From Candidatus Methanomethylophilaceae archaeon (GTDB lineage Archaea; Thermoplasmatota; Thermoplasmata; Methanomassiliicoccales; Methanomethylophilaceae), in contig JBMNHS010000002.1 in assembly GCA_050950505.1 (NCBI GenBank), positions 64,001 through 128,000 of the forward strand: a stretch of DNA of 64,000 nucleotides, given 5' to 3'. The notes under the pieces were generated by a model. That model worked only from the letters and a program-made list of their open reading frames with translations, searched no databases and was not told where the DNA came from. A program made the position numbers and the translations under genes. Positions within the stretch are counted from its first letter, which is position 1; each line of letters opens with the position of its first letter. Shown one piece after another: positions 10,597 through 20,578 of the stretch.

Positions 10597-10681
10597 CCCT
10601 GCGGATTATGGGTTCTTTGATTATATTTCTATAGTTTGTAAGTCAAGTAAGGGTTTATTTATGGAATCATATAACGACGCA

Positions 10682-11581
10682 ATGGAAATCACGCAGGACA
10701 TGGTTCTGAAATTGAAAAGCGAAAAGAATGCGATTATTCTTGCGCACAATTATACATTGCCCGAAATACAGGATGTGGCGGACTTTGTCGGGGACTCACT
10801 GGGTCTTTCGCGCAAGGCCTCCGAAACCGATGCGGACATAATCGTATTCTGCGGCGTCAGCTTCATGGGGGAAACTGCAAAAATACTCAATCCGGACAAG
10901 AAAGTATTGCTTCCCGTGCCCGATGCGGGCTGCGCCATGGCGTCCATGTGCACCGGTGAACAGGTCAGAGTTTTAAGGAAAAAATATCCTGAGGCGGCAT
11001 TTCTGGCATATGTGAACACAACGGCGGACGTGAAGGCGGAAGTCGATTTGTGCTGCACTTCTTCGAATGCGGTAGCCGCCGTGAAATCTCTTGAGGAAAA
11101 GGACATAGTTTTCGTCCCGGATATGAATCTGGCTGCGCATGCCGCATCCAAGGCTCCTGAGAAAAACATCATATCTTTTCACGGATACTGTCCCGCCCAC
11201 CAGGGCATAACCGTCTGGCAGATTGAAGATCTGAAGAAAAAGCATCCCGGTGCGGAAGTAATCGTCCATCCGGAATCTCCCATGAATGTTCTGGAAATGT
11301 CGGATTTCATCGGATCCACCGAGAAGATGATCGATTACGTCAAGGAATCGTCCAAGAACGAGTTCATCGTCGGAACCGAAGTCGGAATGGGACACAGGCT
11401 GAAGAAAGAAAAGCCCGGGGCGGAATTCCATTTTCCTCCGAACGCTTTGTGTCAAACCATGAAGATGACCGATCTCAGGGTGCTGTACAAATCACTCTCC
11501 GAGGAGTCCGGCGAGATTATTCTCGACAAAGATGTCATGGAACGGGCACGCAAGCCTCTCGAAAAGATGCTGACGATATAA
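10682..11581 (+). CDS. nadA: Quinolinate synthase
   Basis: ILAHNY, GDSL, FCGV.FM.ET, YVNT, HPE, GST, three conserved Cys; start may be 10661. Confidence 0.95.
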   Translation: MEITQDMVLKLKSEKNAIILAHNYTLPEIQDVADFVGDSLGLSRKASETDADIIVFCGVSFMGETAKILNPDKKVLLPVPDAGCAMASMCTGEQVRVLRKKYPEAAFLAYVNTTADVKAEVDLCCTSSNAVAAVKSLEEKDIVFVPDMNLAAHAASKAPEKNIISFHGYCPAHQGITVWQIEDLKKKHPGAEVIVHPESPMNVLEMSDFIGSTEKMIDYVKESSKNEFIVGTEVGMGHRLKKEKPGAEFHFPPNALCQTMKMTDLRVLYKSLSEESGEIILDKDVMERARKPLEKMLTI

Positions 11582-11638
11582 CCGTTCCGATCTTTGCGAA
11601 GAATGATTATACGGCATGGGGATACGCCATCGAGGATT

Positions 11639-11694
11639 GCCGGATGAAGATAACTCCATTCTGAACCGTGATGAGCCCTATGAGTGCTGACGGC
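11639..11694 (+). ncRNA. Box C/D methylation guide sRNA (sR-tMet-like; predicted target C34 of pre-tRNA-Met)
   Basis: Terminal stem GCCG/CGGC; C box ATGAAGA 11644-50; D' CTGA 11661-64; C' GTGATGA 11668-74; D CTGA 11687-90; guides of 10 and 12 nt; D-guide complementary to CACUCAUAGGGC. Confidence 0.85.
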
Positions 11695-11697
11695 GCC

Positions 11698-12231
11698 TCA
11701 ATCGTCAATTCTTGTTGAGAGCATGTATGAAAGGAACTCGCTGAGTTTCATGCCGTTTTCCCATCTCATGATATAATTCCCGTTGGAAGACGTTTCCACT
11801 TCGGGAACTCTTCTCACAAGCAGCCTGTTGAGTCCGTTAAAGGAAGTTTCCGACGGTATGGTGAAAATTCTCCAAGGGTCTCCTCTGACTCTTTTGAGTC
11901 TGAATGCGTAAATCGGCACAAGTCCGGATTTCTGACAATCGGACAGCATCTGTTCCGCCTGTTCTCCCAAACGGGGATTCCGGCTGAAATGCAACGTGTC
12001 GCTGTTCGAACTCTTGACTTCGATGGGAAACGAGAAATCCCATCTCAATGCGACAAGATCCACACCCAGAGATCCTGCGGCGCGTAAGACGAGGAAAGGA
12101 TTATCGCACATCGAAGCGTATGCTTCCTTTTCCTTCGGGTCGCAGGTCCGTACAATTTTGTCAATAGCAGTTGCATCTCCCGATAACAGGTTTTTCAATT
12201 CTCTTTCGTAGGTACTGCCCGCGGCGGCCAT
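11698..12231 (-). CDS. hjc: Holliday junction resolvase Hjc-like
   Basis: G..YEREL, RAAGS..VDLVA, IEVKS. Confidence 0.85.
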   Translation of the reverse strand: MAAAGSTYERELKNLLSGDATAIDKIVRTCDPKEKEAYASMCDNPFLVLRAAGSLGVDLVALRWDFSFPIEVKSSNSDTLHFSRNPRLGEQAEQMLSDCQKSGLVPIYAFRLKRVRGDPWRIFTIPSETSFNGLNRLLVRRVPEVETSSNGNYIMRWENGMKLSEFLSYMLSTRIDD

Positions 12232-12297
12232 AATGGTAAAAACACGTAAGAGGTTTATAAACCGGTCCGGGGGAGTTCCCCGAATCCGCCGAAAGTG

Positions 12298-13611
12298 TCA
12301 GGGAGACAGTCTCGTGACGTCTCTGGGAAACAGAATCGCTTCTCTGATGTTGGGCAGATCGAGCATTTTCACCAGAAGACGCTCGGTGCCTATGCCCCAT
12401 CCGCCGTGGGAAGGCATTCCGTATCTGAAAGCTTCAAGATAAAATTCCAGGTCTTTCGGGTCGAGACCTTTCTTTCTGATCCTGGCTTCAAGTTCTCCGA
12501 TGCGGTGTTCCCTCTGCCCTCCGGATGAAATCTCTTGGCCTTTGTAATCCAAATCGAAGGAATAGGAATAAGGGGTACCGTCCTTTTCCATGATGTAAAA
12601 CGGCTTCTCCTCTTCGGGATATTCGTGAATGAAGTAAAGGTCGTATCCTTTTTCCCCCATGTGGTCCCCAACGAGTTTCTCCCCTTCGGTTCCCAGATCT
12701 TCCCCGGCTTTCAGGTTCAGTCCCCGGTCACGGACGATTTCGAGACACTCTTCGTATGTCAGTCTGGGATAAGGCAACGAAGGGATTTCGATTTCTTTTT
12801 CCAGAATTTTGAACTGTTCGGCTCCTCTTTCCTTCATGCCCCTCAGAACATAATCGACAACGGTTTCCACCATGGACATGACATCATCCTGAGATTCGAT
12901 CCAAGCCATTTCTCCGTCGAAAGAAACGAATTCGGTGACGTGCCTGGTCGTATGGGAGTTTTCCGCACGGAAGGCCGGAGCGATTTCAAACACACGGTCC
13001 ATTCCGGAAGACATGAGCATCTGTTTGTAGAGCTGTGGGCTTTGGGCGAGATAAGCTTCCCTTCCGAAATAATCAACCGTAAACAGAGTGGCGCCCCCCT
13101 CGGCGCCGGAAGAATTTATTTTCGGAGTGGTGATCTGAACAAATCCGTTTTTCCTGCAGGCTTCGGATATCAGTTCGAACATGAGGGATTTCAGTTCGAA
13201 CACGGCTTTGACTTCCGGTTTTCTCAAATCGATGAATCTGTGGTTAAGGCGGGTGTCCATCTCAACGTTGACTTTGTCTATGACTCCCATCGGAAGAGGA
13301 ACCCCCGCTTCCGAAACGATTTTCGCCGAAGTGGGTATTATTTCCAGACCCAAAGCGGTTTGGTTGCTTTCTTTCACTTCTCCGGTCACGGATACGGCCG
13401 ATTCCCGTGATACCGTGGTCAGCGTCTCGAAGAGTTCGGGTTCTATTTTCTTCTTGGGCATGGTTACCTGCACGGTGCCGTATCTGTCCCTCAGGGTAAG
13501 GAATGAAATCCCTCCCAAGTTCCTGATGTCCTGTACCCAACCGTTAACGGTGGCGGTCCCGTCTTCCACCCTTATGTTTCCAGTATTTCTAATCGGAGTC
13601 ATTTGATCCAC
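12298..13611 (-). CDS. aspS: Aspartate--tRNA ligase (archaeal type)
   Basis: OB-fold GWV..IR.LG, EGGATLF, LAQSPQLYKQ, FRAE, EISSGGQR, HGGWGIG.ERL, FPRD. Confidence 0.95.
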   Translation of the reverse strand: MDQMTPIRNTGNIRVEDGTATVNGWVQDIRNLGGISFLTLRDRYGTVQVTMPKKKIEPELFETLTTVSRESAVSVTGEVKESNQTALGLEIIPTSAKIVSEAGVPLPMGVIDKVNVEMDTRLNHRFIDLRKPEVKAVFELKSLMFELISEACRKNGFVQITTPKINSSGAEGGATLFTVDYFGREAYLAQSPQLYKQMLMSSGMDRVFEIAPAFRAENSHTTRHVTEFVSFDGEMAWIESQDDVMSMVETVVDYVLRGMKERGAEQFKILEKEIEIPSLPYPRLTYEECLEIVRDRGLNLKAGEDLGTEGEKLVGDHMGEKGYDLYFIHEYPEEEKPFYIMEKDGTPYSYSFDLDYKGQEISSGGQREHRIGELEARIRKKGLDPKDLEFYLEAFRYGMPSHGGWGIGTERLLVKMLDLPNIREAILFPRDVTRLSP

Positions 13612-13722
13612 TCCTCTAATCCCCTTACCATTAATAAATTAAGTGCGGAAATCACCGTCCCTGACGGTAACATATTATAAATCAGAGGACTTATTCGGTT
13701 CAGTTTCAAAATGGGTATAACC

Positions 13723-14865
13723 ATGTCAAAGGAAAAAGTCACAGTATCAGTCATCAAAGCGGACGTCGGATCGGTAGTGGGTCATTCAAAGCCTCACCCT
13801 TCAATGATGGACGCAGCCAACGACGTTTTGAAGGATGTTCAGAAACAAGGAATCATCGAAGATTTCTATGTCACCCGAGTCGGTGACGATATAAACCTGT
13901 TCATGACCCACTACAAAGGGGAAGACCACAAAGACATTCACGGTGCCGCATGGGAATGCTTCCAGAGGGCCACAAAAATCGCAAAGTCCATGAAACTTTA
14001 TGCTGCAGGTCAGGACATTCTCACCGATGCTTTTTCGGGAAACGTGAAAGGCGCGGGACCCGGATCCGCGGAGTTTTCCTTCGTTGAAAGGAATTCCGAA
14101 CCTTTGCTGTTTTTCATGGCGGACAAGACGGAACCTTCCGCATATTCCCCTTTGCTGTCCAGAATATTTTTGGACCCCTTTACCACAACCGGTTTGGTTA
14201 TTGACGCAAGAGCCAAGAAAGGATTCGACGTCACCATCCAGGATGTGATGGATCACAAGAAAGTCGTAATGTCCTCTCCCGAGGAAACCCTCAGTATCCT
14301 CAGTCTTCTGGGCGACACTTCCAGATACGCAATCAAAACAATCGAATCCAGAGCGGGAATCGGCCCGGCCTGTGTCGTTTCCACCGATAAGCTTAATTTC
14401 AGCGCAGGAAAGTATGTCGGAAAGGACGACCCGGTCTGCATCTGCCGTGCGCAGAGCGGTCTGCCTTCCGTGGGTGAATACCTGCAGCCCTTCATGAACC
14501 CCACAATCGTGGCGGGATGGATGAGAGGATCTCACTACGGTGCGTTCTACCCCTGTTCTCCCGAAGAGTCCGATCCGACCTATTTCGACGGACCTCCGAG
14601 AATCAGCTGTCTCGGATTCCAGCTTAACGAAGGCAAGCTTCAGGGACTTGAACCCCTCAATTCAAAGAACGGCGAACACATACCCGTTGATTTCTTCAAG
14701 AGCAACACCTGGGATGTCGCAAGGGAGGAGTCCATCAAAGTTTCCAGACTCATGAGGAGCCAGGGACCTTTCATGCCTTCGATACTCGGACCTGAGGAAA
14801 TGGAATACACTTCCAGACCCGAGGTTCTGAAGTCTCTCACTTCGAGGTTTGAGGACATTGAATAA
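13723..14865 (+). CDS. fbp: Bifunctional fructose-1,6-bisphosphate aldolase/phosphatase
   Basis: SVIKADVG, GDD, LYAAGQD, ADKTEP, YVGKDDP, GWMRGSH, MEYT; alternative start 13711. Confidence 0.95.
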   Translation: MSKEKVTVSVIKADVGSVVGHSKPHPSMMDAANDVLKDVQKQGIIEDFYVTRVGDDINLFMTHYKGEDHKDIHGAAWECFQRATKIAKSMKLYAAGQDILTDAFSGNVKGAGPGSAEFSFVERNSEPLLFFMADKTEPSAYSPLLSRIFLDPFTTTGLVIDARAKKGFDVTIQDVMDHKKVVMSSPEETLSILSLLGDTSRYAIKTIESRAGIGPACVVSTDKLNFSAGKYVGKDDPVCICRAQSGLPSVGEYLQPFMNPTIVAGWMRGSHYGAFYPCSPEESDPTYFDGPPRISCLGFQLNEGKLQGLEPLNSKNGEHIPVDFFKSNTWDVAREESIKVSRLMRSQGPFMPSILGPEEMEYTSRPEVLKSLTSRFEDIE

Positions 14866-15541
14866 GAAACTCTTCCGCAAACCGGTAATAATCGTGAATT
14901 TCAAAGCATACCGTGAGGTCGACGGACCCGGTGCTTTGGAGTTGGCCAAGATCTGCGAGAAAGTCTCCGAAGAGGCAGGAATCAACATAGGAATATGCCC
15001 CCCGTCGGTTGATTTGGGTTACGTGGCACGGAACGTTTCCATACCCGTGTTCTCTCAGAACGTGGATCCGAGAGCCCCGGGTTCCGCCACGGGATGGGTG
15101 ACTCCTTCCATGGTGAAAGCCTGCGGGGCCCTCGGAACGCTGATTAACCATACCGAACACAAAATCAAAATCAAAGACATCGAAGAGTGCATGGAACTGT
15201 CCAAAGCTTCCGATCTCTACACGGTCGTCTGTTCCGACAACGACAAGGTCGCCGCCGAAGTTTCCAAATTCAAACCGGATTTCGTTGCGGTGGAACCTCC
15301 GGATCTGATCGGCGGGGACGTTTCCGTCACCACCGCAAACCCCAAGATTATCGAAAACACCGTTGATGCCGTGAGGGAAGTCAACCGTTCCGTGATGATT
15401 CTCTGCGGCGCCGGAATCAAAAACGGGGGCGATGTGAAGGCTGCCCTCGAACTGGGCACCGACGGGGTGCTGTTGGCTTCCGGTGTCGTCCGCGCCAAAG
15501 ATCCCGAGGCCGCGGTCAGAGACCTGGTCAGAAACGTCTGA
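14858..15541 (+). CDS. tpiA: Triosephosphate isomerase (archaeal type)
   Basis: VNFKAY, LINH.E, AVEPPDLIG, CGAGI, GVLLASGV; TTG start overlapping fbp. Confidence 0.95.
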   Translation: MNKKLFRKPVIIVNFKAYREVDGPGALELAKICEKVSEEAGINIGICPPSVDLGYVARNVSIPVFSQNVDPRAPGSATGWVTPSMVKACGALGTLINHTEHKIKIKDIEECMELSKASDLYTVVCSDNDKVAAEVSKFKPDFVAVEPPDLIGGDVSVTTANPKIIENTVDAVREVNRSVMILCGAGIKNGGDVKAALELGTDGVLLASGVVRAKDPEAAVRDLVRNV

Positions 15542-15556
15542 GATTATACTAACTGC

Positions 15557-15582
15557 CGTACTCCCGTTCATAAGGGAGTACG
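15557..15582. terminator. Hairpin after tpiA
   Basis: CGTACTCCC-N8-GGGAGTACG perfect 9-bp stem. Confidence 0.4.
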
Positions 15583-15598
15583 CGCAAACATTTTCCTG

Positions 15599-17635
15599 AT
15601 GAGATTCAGAACTTCAGCGGTAGTTTTTCTCTTACTGTTCGGTTCCTTTGCTTTGATTCCCGGATGTCACGCGGCACCGGGACCGGGATTGATGATAACC
15701 GAAGTCCAGCCCGTGGGGACCGAAGGTTTCACATTATACAACCCCGGGCCGGAAGATTTGAATCTCAAAGGGTTTTATCTTTCCGACGGTGAGGGAAAGG
15801 TATCCTTTACCAAATCCTTCACTCTCCCTTCACGGGAAGAAATTACCTTTTCCTTTGACGTTACCTCCGACCAGACATTTCTCAACCGGCCGGACCGGCC
15901 GAATATAAACGTCGTTCAAATCGGAACGGAGGGAATCGTTTCCGAGGGAAATTTCAGACTTGCCGACGCCGGTGACGATCTCTACGTACACGCTCCCGAC
16001 GGCAGAATCCTTGATTCCGTCTGCTGGGGAAACGTGACCGCCATCGGGTGGATCGGCGAACCGCCGCAACGTCCGAACAAAGACCGGTATCTGATAAGAT
16101 GCTCCCCCATAGACACCGACTCCGCTTTGGATTGGAGGCTTACCCGTCCGGGGATGACCGACAGAAACCAAGGTCCGGTTTTCGAAGCGAGCGTGATTCC
16201 TTTCACATTTCCGGAATCCGAGGGTTCGGAAGTGTACCGGGCTTTGGAATCGGCGGAACACGAAGTTCTGATAGCGATTTATCAGATCACCAGCAGAAAC
16301 GTCATGGGTCTGCTGTGCGAACTAGCGGAAAGGGACGTAAACGTGACCGTGCTTCTGGAAGGTTCGCCTCTGGGAAGCAAAGACATCACCAATCTGGAAC
16401 GTACGATGATGAAATCCCTCGTGAACGCCGGAGGCGAAGTGAAACTCATAAACGACGCCAGAACGGGAGCGTCGGAAGGCACCGGATACCGCTTCACCTA
16501 CGTCCACTCCAAGTACGCCGTGATCGACGGCAAAACCACGGTGATAACTTCCGAGAATTGGACGGAGTCCAACATGGGCTCCGGAACCGGCAACAGAGGC
16601 TGGGGGGCAATCATAGAAAGCGAAGGTTACTCGGAATACATGAGGAAAATATTCCTCAACGATTCAAGCACATTTTACGGAGACTGCATGGATCTTGCAG
16701 ATCTGTATCCGGAACAGTCCCCATACCCCGGGGATCTGACATACACCGGATACGGCGGAGGCGGGAGCACGGTAACTTTTACCGATTGCACCGTATCCCC
16801 CGTCCTTTCTCCGGACAATTCATATCAGACGCTGAAATCTTTCATCGGTTCCGCTGAAACCAGAATATACGCTCAACAAATGGATGTTTCCAATTCTTAT
16901 CTGGGAATATCCGAAGATTCTCCCGTGTCATGGATGGTTGAAAGGGCTTCCGAAGGCGTTGACGGTAGATTCATCATCGACCTGACTTACGACCAAGGGA
17001 GCAAGGCGGCGGAAGTGGGACTGATCAACACAACCACTTCGTTGAAAGCCGCCGGCATGGAGGGTAACGGCACTTTTACGTCGGTTCACAACAAAGGAGT
17101 GATTGTCGACGACAGTGTGTGGGTGGGCTCCGTCAATTGGACGGACACGTCCTTCATGAAAAACAGGGAAACCGCGGTAATAATCCGTTCCGCGGGAGTT
17201 TCCGATTATTATGCGGAATATTTCCTGGCGGACTGGAACGACAACGACGTCACTTCCGAACTCAGGGCGGAAATATCGGCAGTATCGACGATATCCGAAA
17301 AAATTCATTGCTTTGAAGCGAAAGTCGTTCCCAACGGGAATTACATCTACAGATGGGATATTTACGGAGACGGGGAAACTGTCAGAATATCAAAGTTGCC
17401 CAAAATAATGTATGAAAATCCGAATCCGGGAAACCACACTCTGAAACTGACCGTAACGGAAGAATCCACCGGCAGGTCGGTGACGGCGAATTTGAATTAC
17501 ACGGTTGAAGAACCGACGGATGAAAGAAATATAGTCGAAAGTCCTTTCATAATTTATCTGATTGTGGGCGCAATCGCAGTAATATCCGCAACAGCCTACC
17601 TCAAATCAAGCAAATCCAAAGGGAAAGGAAACTGA
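15599..17635 (+). CDS. Surface-anchored phospholipase D-superfamily enzyme (lamin-tail-like + two PLD + PKD-like domains)
   Basis: Signal peptide; HKD motifs HSKYAVID and HNKGVIVD; C-terminal TM with basic tail. Confidence 0.85.
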   Translation: MRFRTSAVVFLLLFGSFALIPGCHAAPGPGLMITEVQPVGTEGFTLYNPGPEDLNLKGFYLSDGEGKVSFTKSFTLPSREEITFSFDVTSDQTFLNRPDRPNINVVQIGTEGIVSEGNFRLADAGDDLYVHAPDGRILDSVCWGNVTAIGWIGEPPQRPNKDRYLIRCSPIDTDSALDWRLTRPGMTDRNQGPVFEASVIPFTFPESEGSEVYRALESAEHEVLIAIYQITSRNVMGLLCELAERDVNVTVLLEGSPLGSKDITNLERTMMKSLVNAGGEVKLINDARTGASEGTGYRFTYVHSKYAVIDGKTTVITSENWTESNMGSGTGNRGWGAIIESEGYSEYMRKIFLNDSSTFYGDCMDLADLYPEQSPYPGDLTYTGYGGGGSTVTFTDCTVSPVLSPDNSYQTLKSFIGSAETRIYAQQMDVSNSYLGISEDSPVSWMVERASEGVDGRFIIDLTYDQGSKAAEVGLINTTTSLKAAGMEGNGTFTSVHNKGVIVDDSVWVGSVNWTDTSFMKNRETAVIIRSAGVSDYYAEYFLADWNDNDVTSELRAEISAVSTISEKIHCFEAKVVPNGNYIYRWDIYGDGETVRISKLPKIMYENPNPGNHTLKLTVTEESTGRSVTANLNYTVEEPTDERNIVESPFIIYLIVGAIAVISATAYLKSSKSKGKGN

Positions 17636-17640
17636 ACGAA

Positions 17641-18099
17641 ATGATACCTTTTTACGTAAGGCCGATGACAATCTACGACGTCCCGAAAGTTCACTCTCTG
17701 GCCTTCACGAATCTCGATGAATATTATTCCAAGGACGTCTTCAACCTGTTTCTTCAGCAGTGGCCGAACGGACAGCAGGTCGCATGCCGTTATGACGGAG
17801 AAATCATAGGATTCATCTGCGGATCCGATTTGGGGCCGGACCGGGTGGGAGTCGCTCTGTTAGTGGTTGACAAAGAAAGCAGAGGCAACGGAATCGGTTC
17901 GCAATTGCTTTTGACGCTGAGAAGAAACGGAATTCTCCGCGGGGCGCAGACCGTGCGCCTTGAAGTCAGAAAGGAAAACAGAAACGCCTTAAATTTTTAC
18001 AGGAACCGGGGATTTGTGACCGTCGAAACTTTGGAATCCTATTACAAAAACGGCGGAGACGCCATACGTATGATAGGACTCTGCGCAATAGATTCGTAA
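17641..18099 (+). CDS. RimI/Ard1-like GNAT N-acetyltransferase
   Basis: RGNGIG, LEVRKEN..A..FY...GF, YY.NG.DA..M. Confidence 0.85.
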   Translation: MIPFYVRPMTIYDVPKVHSLAFTNLDEYYSKDVFNLFLQQWPNGQQVACRYDGEIIGFICGSDLGPDRVGVALLVVDKESRGNGIGSQLLLTLRRNGILRGAQTVRLEVRKENRNALNFYRNRGFVTVETLESYYKNGGDAIRMIGLCAIDS

Positions 18100-18168
18100 T
18101 TGTGTTTTTGACACGGCATACGATACCTATAAAATATAATGAAGGCTATTTCCTGTTTGAGGTAAAAA

Positions 18169-18894
18169 ATGAATCAAAATGATTTTGATTTCGATGACGA
18201 CCTCTACTTCTGTGATTGTCAGGAGGAGAGGATTCCCCTCATCGGAGAGGACGCGCCCGCATTCGAGGCCAACACCACCCACGGAATGGTTAATTTCCCC
18301 GCAGACTACAAAGGAAAATGGGTTATTTTGTTTTCCCACCCTGCAGACTTCACTCCGGTCTGTTCCACCGAGTTCATGACCTTCGCTTCCATGGCGAACG
18401 ATTTCAAGAAACTCAACACCGAGCTTATCGGACTGTCCATCGATTCGATCCACTCCCACATCGCTTGGGTCAGAGACCTTTGTGAAATGGAATGGGGCCC
18501 TCACAAGAAGGGCGAAGAGATACCCTTCCCGGTTATCGAAGACGTAAGCATGAACGTCGCAAGCAAATACGGAATGGTTCACGACCCGACATCCACTTCC
18601 GCGGTCCGTGCGACCTTCATCATCGATGACAAGGGAGTAATCAGAACCATCCTGTATTATCCGGCAAGCACCGGACGTAACATGGAAGAGATCAAGAGAA
18701 TCGTCATCGCACTTCAGAAGGCAGACAAGGAGAAAATCGCCACACCCGCCAACTGGTGGCCCGGCGACGACGTCATTGTCCCTCCGCCCGGAACCTGCGG
18801 CGGAGTCAAGGATCGCTACGAAGAGATCGACAAGGACAAGGACAAACTCTACTCCTACCGTTGGTATCTGACTTTCCGCAAGGAAAAGAAGTAA
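18169..18894 (+). CDS. Peroxiredoxin (Prx6/archaeal type)
   Basis: FSHPADFTPVCSTEF, GRN..EI.R, ATPANW. Confidence 0.95.
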   Translation: MNQNDFDFDDDLYFCDCQEERIPLIGEDAPAFEANTTHGMVNFPADYKGKWVILFSHPADFTPVCSTEFMTFASMANDFKKLNTELIGLSIDSIHSHIAWVRDLCEMEWGPHKKGEEIPFPVIEDVSMNVASKYGMVHDPTSTSAVRATFIIDDKGVIRTILYYPASTGRNMEEIKRIVIALQKADKEKIATPANWWPGDDVIVPPPGTCGGVKDRYEEIDKDKDKLYSYRWYLTFRKEKK

Positions 18895-18903
18895 AATCAT
18901 TTC

Positions 18904-18919
18904 AGGGGCGAAAGCCCCT
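18904..18919 (+). terminator. GNRA hairpin with downstream T-rich tract
   Basis: AGGGGC-GAAA-GCCCCT after the prx stop. Confidence 0.55.
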
Positions 18920-19047
18920 TTCAACCATTTTCTTTTGATTTATTTTAATTCAGCGAATGCGCCGACCGTAAAAAATATCGGAGAAAAATGAAAGGCGGTC
19001 ACGGGCCGATTTCCTTCAGGCCCGCAACCTTTGGTCTTAAATTGTTT

Positions 19048-20568
19048 TCAGTTGAACATGCTGTCGTCGGGTATGTGCTCGTTCTGGAAATAATACTGCG
19101 AAGTTTCCTTCTGGGCACTTGTGACGTCCTGAGACAATCCCTTGGTGTACGAACCGTAACGCTTGGTAATCTGCTCTTCCACGGGCATGGCGCGTTTCAA
19201 TGCCTCCGTCACGTGCCGAGCCGTGATTATTTCCTCTCCGTTCATGACGGCGATGTCACCCGCCGCACGTATGAGTCCGCCCATCTCCCTGAGTCTCAGA
19301 GTAAGAGCGGAAACCTGTCCGTCCTTCCTTGCTCTGCGGCGCCCCTCTTTGATGAGTTCTTCCACGGCAGGGATTTCCGCATGGGGTATATGACCGTCCT
19401 TCTGCACTTCCTGGGCAACGAATTGGGCGTACATTCCCCGGTTGACGTCGTCGTCGGGCATGGCAATGTCCACCAACACTTCGTAACCGTTTCCGATGAT
19501 ACGGGAACGCAACGGAGACAGAATCTTTTCTATGTCTTGTATGTTGCAGGCGGCGACAAGGATGAAATCACAGGGTACGGCGTCGACCCTCACACTGGCG
19601 CCCGCGGACTGAGGATTGTGCCCCGTAATCGGGAACATTCTGTCCTGCATGGCGGTAAGGATGTACCGTTGAAGATTGCCCAGATGGGAAATCTCGTCGA
19701 TGAACAATACGCCTTCGTGAGCTTCGTGTACCGCGCCCGCCACCACTCTTTGGTATGACGGGGATCCGAGTTTTTCATGTCCTCCGTAGGGATCGTGCAA
19801 CACATCCCCAAGAAGCTCGGCTTCAGATGAACCGGTGGCCATGACGAAAGGATTCCGGGCAAGTTTCACAAGAACTTTTTTGTTCTTGGTGCTTCGGATT
19901 TTCCGTCTGTTTTCCAGACTCTTCTGATCCAACATGCGGATCTTGTCCCCGGCGCGTTCAAAGACCACGGTTTCTTCGGTGCCGTCCGCCAAAGTGCGGG
20001 TGGTGTTCACTCTTTCCTTTCCGGCAAGGGTGATTTGACCTCCGAAGGACTCCATGAGACTGCCGAACAGGTCGGCGAACTGGGCGTTGGGGCCCATGTT
20101 GACCTTGCTTGTCTGACAGTTGGGACATATGAGTTCCTCGGGTTCCGATATGGTGCCGCAGTTCTTACATCTGAATCCAAGGCGTTCCGCGACGTTGGTC
20201 GGGGCGTGTTCCGGGTCCAGGAGTTTGCCCCCGGTTTCCGCGTCAAGGTCCCGTTCAATCATCACTTCCGCCGCATCCACAACTTCCAGCAAAGGCCTTT
20301 CGCTGTTTTCGGGATTCATCACGACTCTTATTTCCTGTTCCGGTTTCGGAAGGTTCATGGAGAGAGCCTGGGCGATCATCGACTTACCGGTGCCCGGCGG
20401 GCCGACCAACAAAAGATTTCTCCGTTGTTTTGCGGCAATCTTGGCCATCTCGATGGCCTGATGCTGCCCCAACACTCTGTCCAACGGGTCCGTGGGCAGA
20501 AGGATTTCTTCCGTGGAGTACATGCCGGAGACATCGCTCCACGTACTGACCGGTGTTTTTTCAGTCAT
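19048..20568 (-). CDS. LonB-related AAA+ ATPase lacking the protease domain, with Zn-ribbon insert
   Basis: V.GQ..A, GPPGTGKS, LLGDV.HDPYG, HEAHEGVLFIDEI, LRSRI.G.GYEV, LRLRE.GG; CKNC..CPNC; ends before an S16 domain. Confidence 0.8.
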   Translation of the reverse strand: MTEKTPVSTWSDVSGMYSTEEILLPTDPLDRVLGQHQAIEMAKIAAKQRRNLLLVGPPGTGKSMIAQALSMNLPKPEQEIRVVMNPENSERPLLEVVDAAEVMIERDLDAETGGKLLDPEHAPTNVAERLGFRCKNCGTISEPEELICPNCQTSKVNMGPNAQFADLFGSLMESFGGQITLAGKERVNTTRTLADGTEETVVFERAGDKIRMLDQKSLENRRKIRSTKNKKVLVKLARNPFVMATGSSEAELLGDVLHDPYGGHEKLGSPSYQRVVAGAVHEAHEGVLFIDEISHLGNLQRYILTAMQDRMFPITGHNPQSAGASVRVDAVPCDFILVAACNIQDIEKILSPLRSRIIGNGYEVLVDIAMPDDDVNRGMYAQFVAQEVQKDGHIPHAEIPAVEELIKEGRRRARKDGQVSALTLRLREMGGLIRAAGDIAVMNGEEIITARHVTEALKRAMPVEEQITKRYGSYTKGLSQDVTSAQKETSQYYFQNEHIPDDSMFN

Positions 20569-20578
20569 TTGTTTTCAC

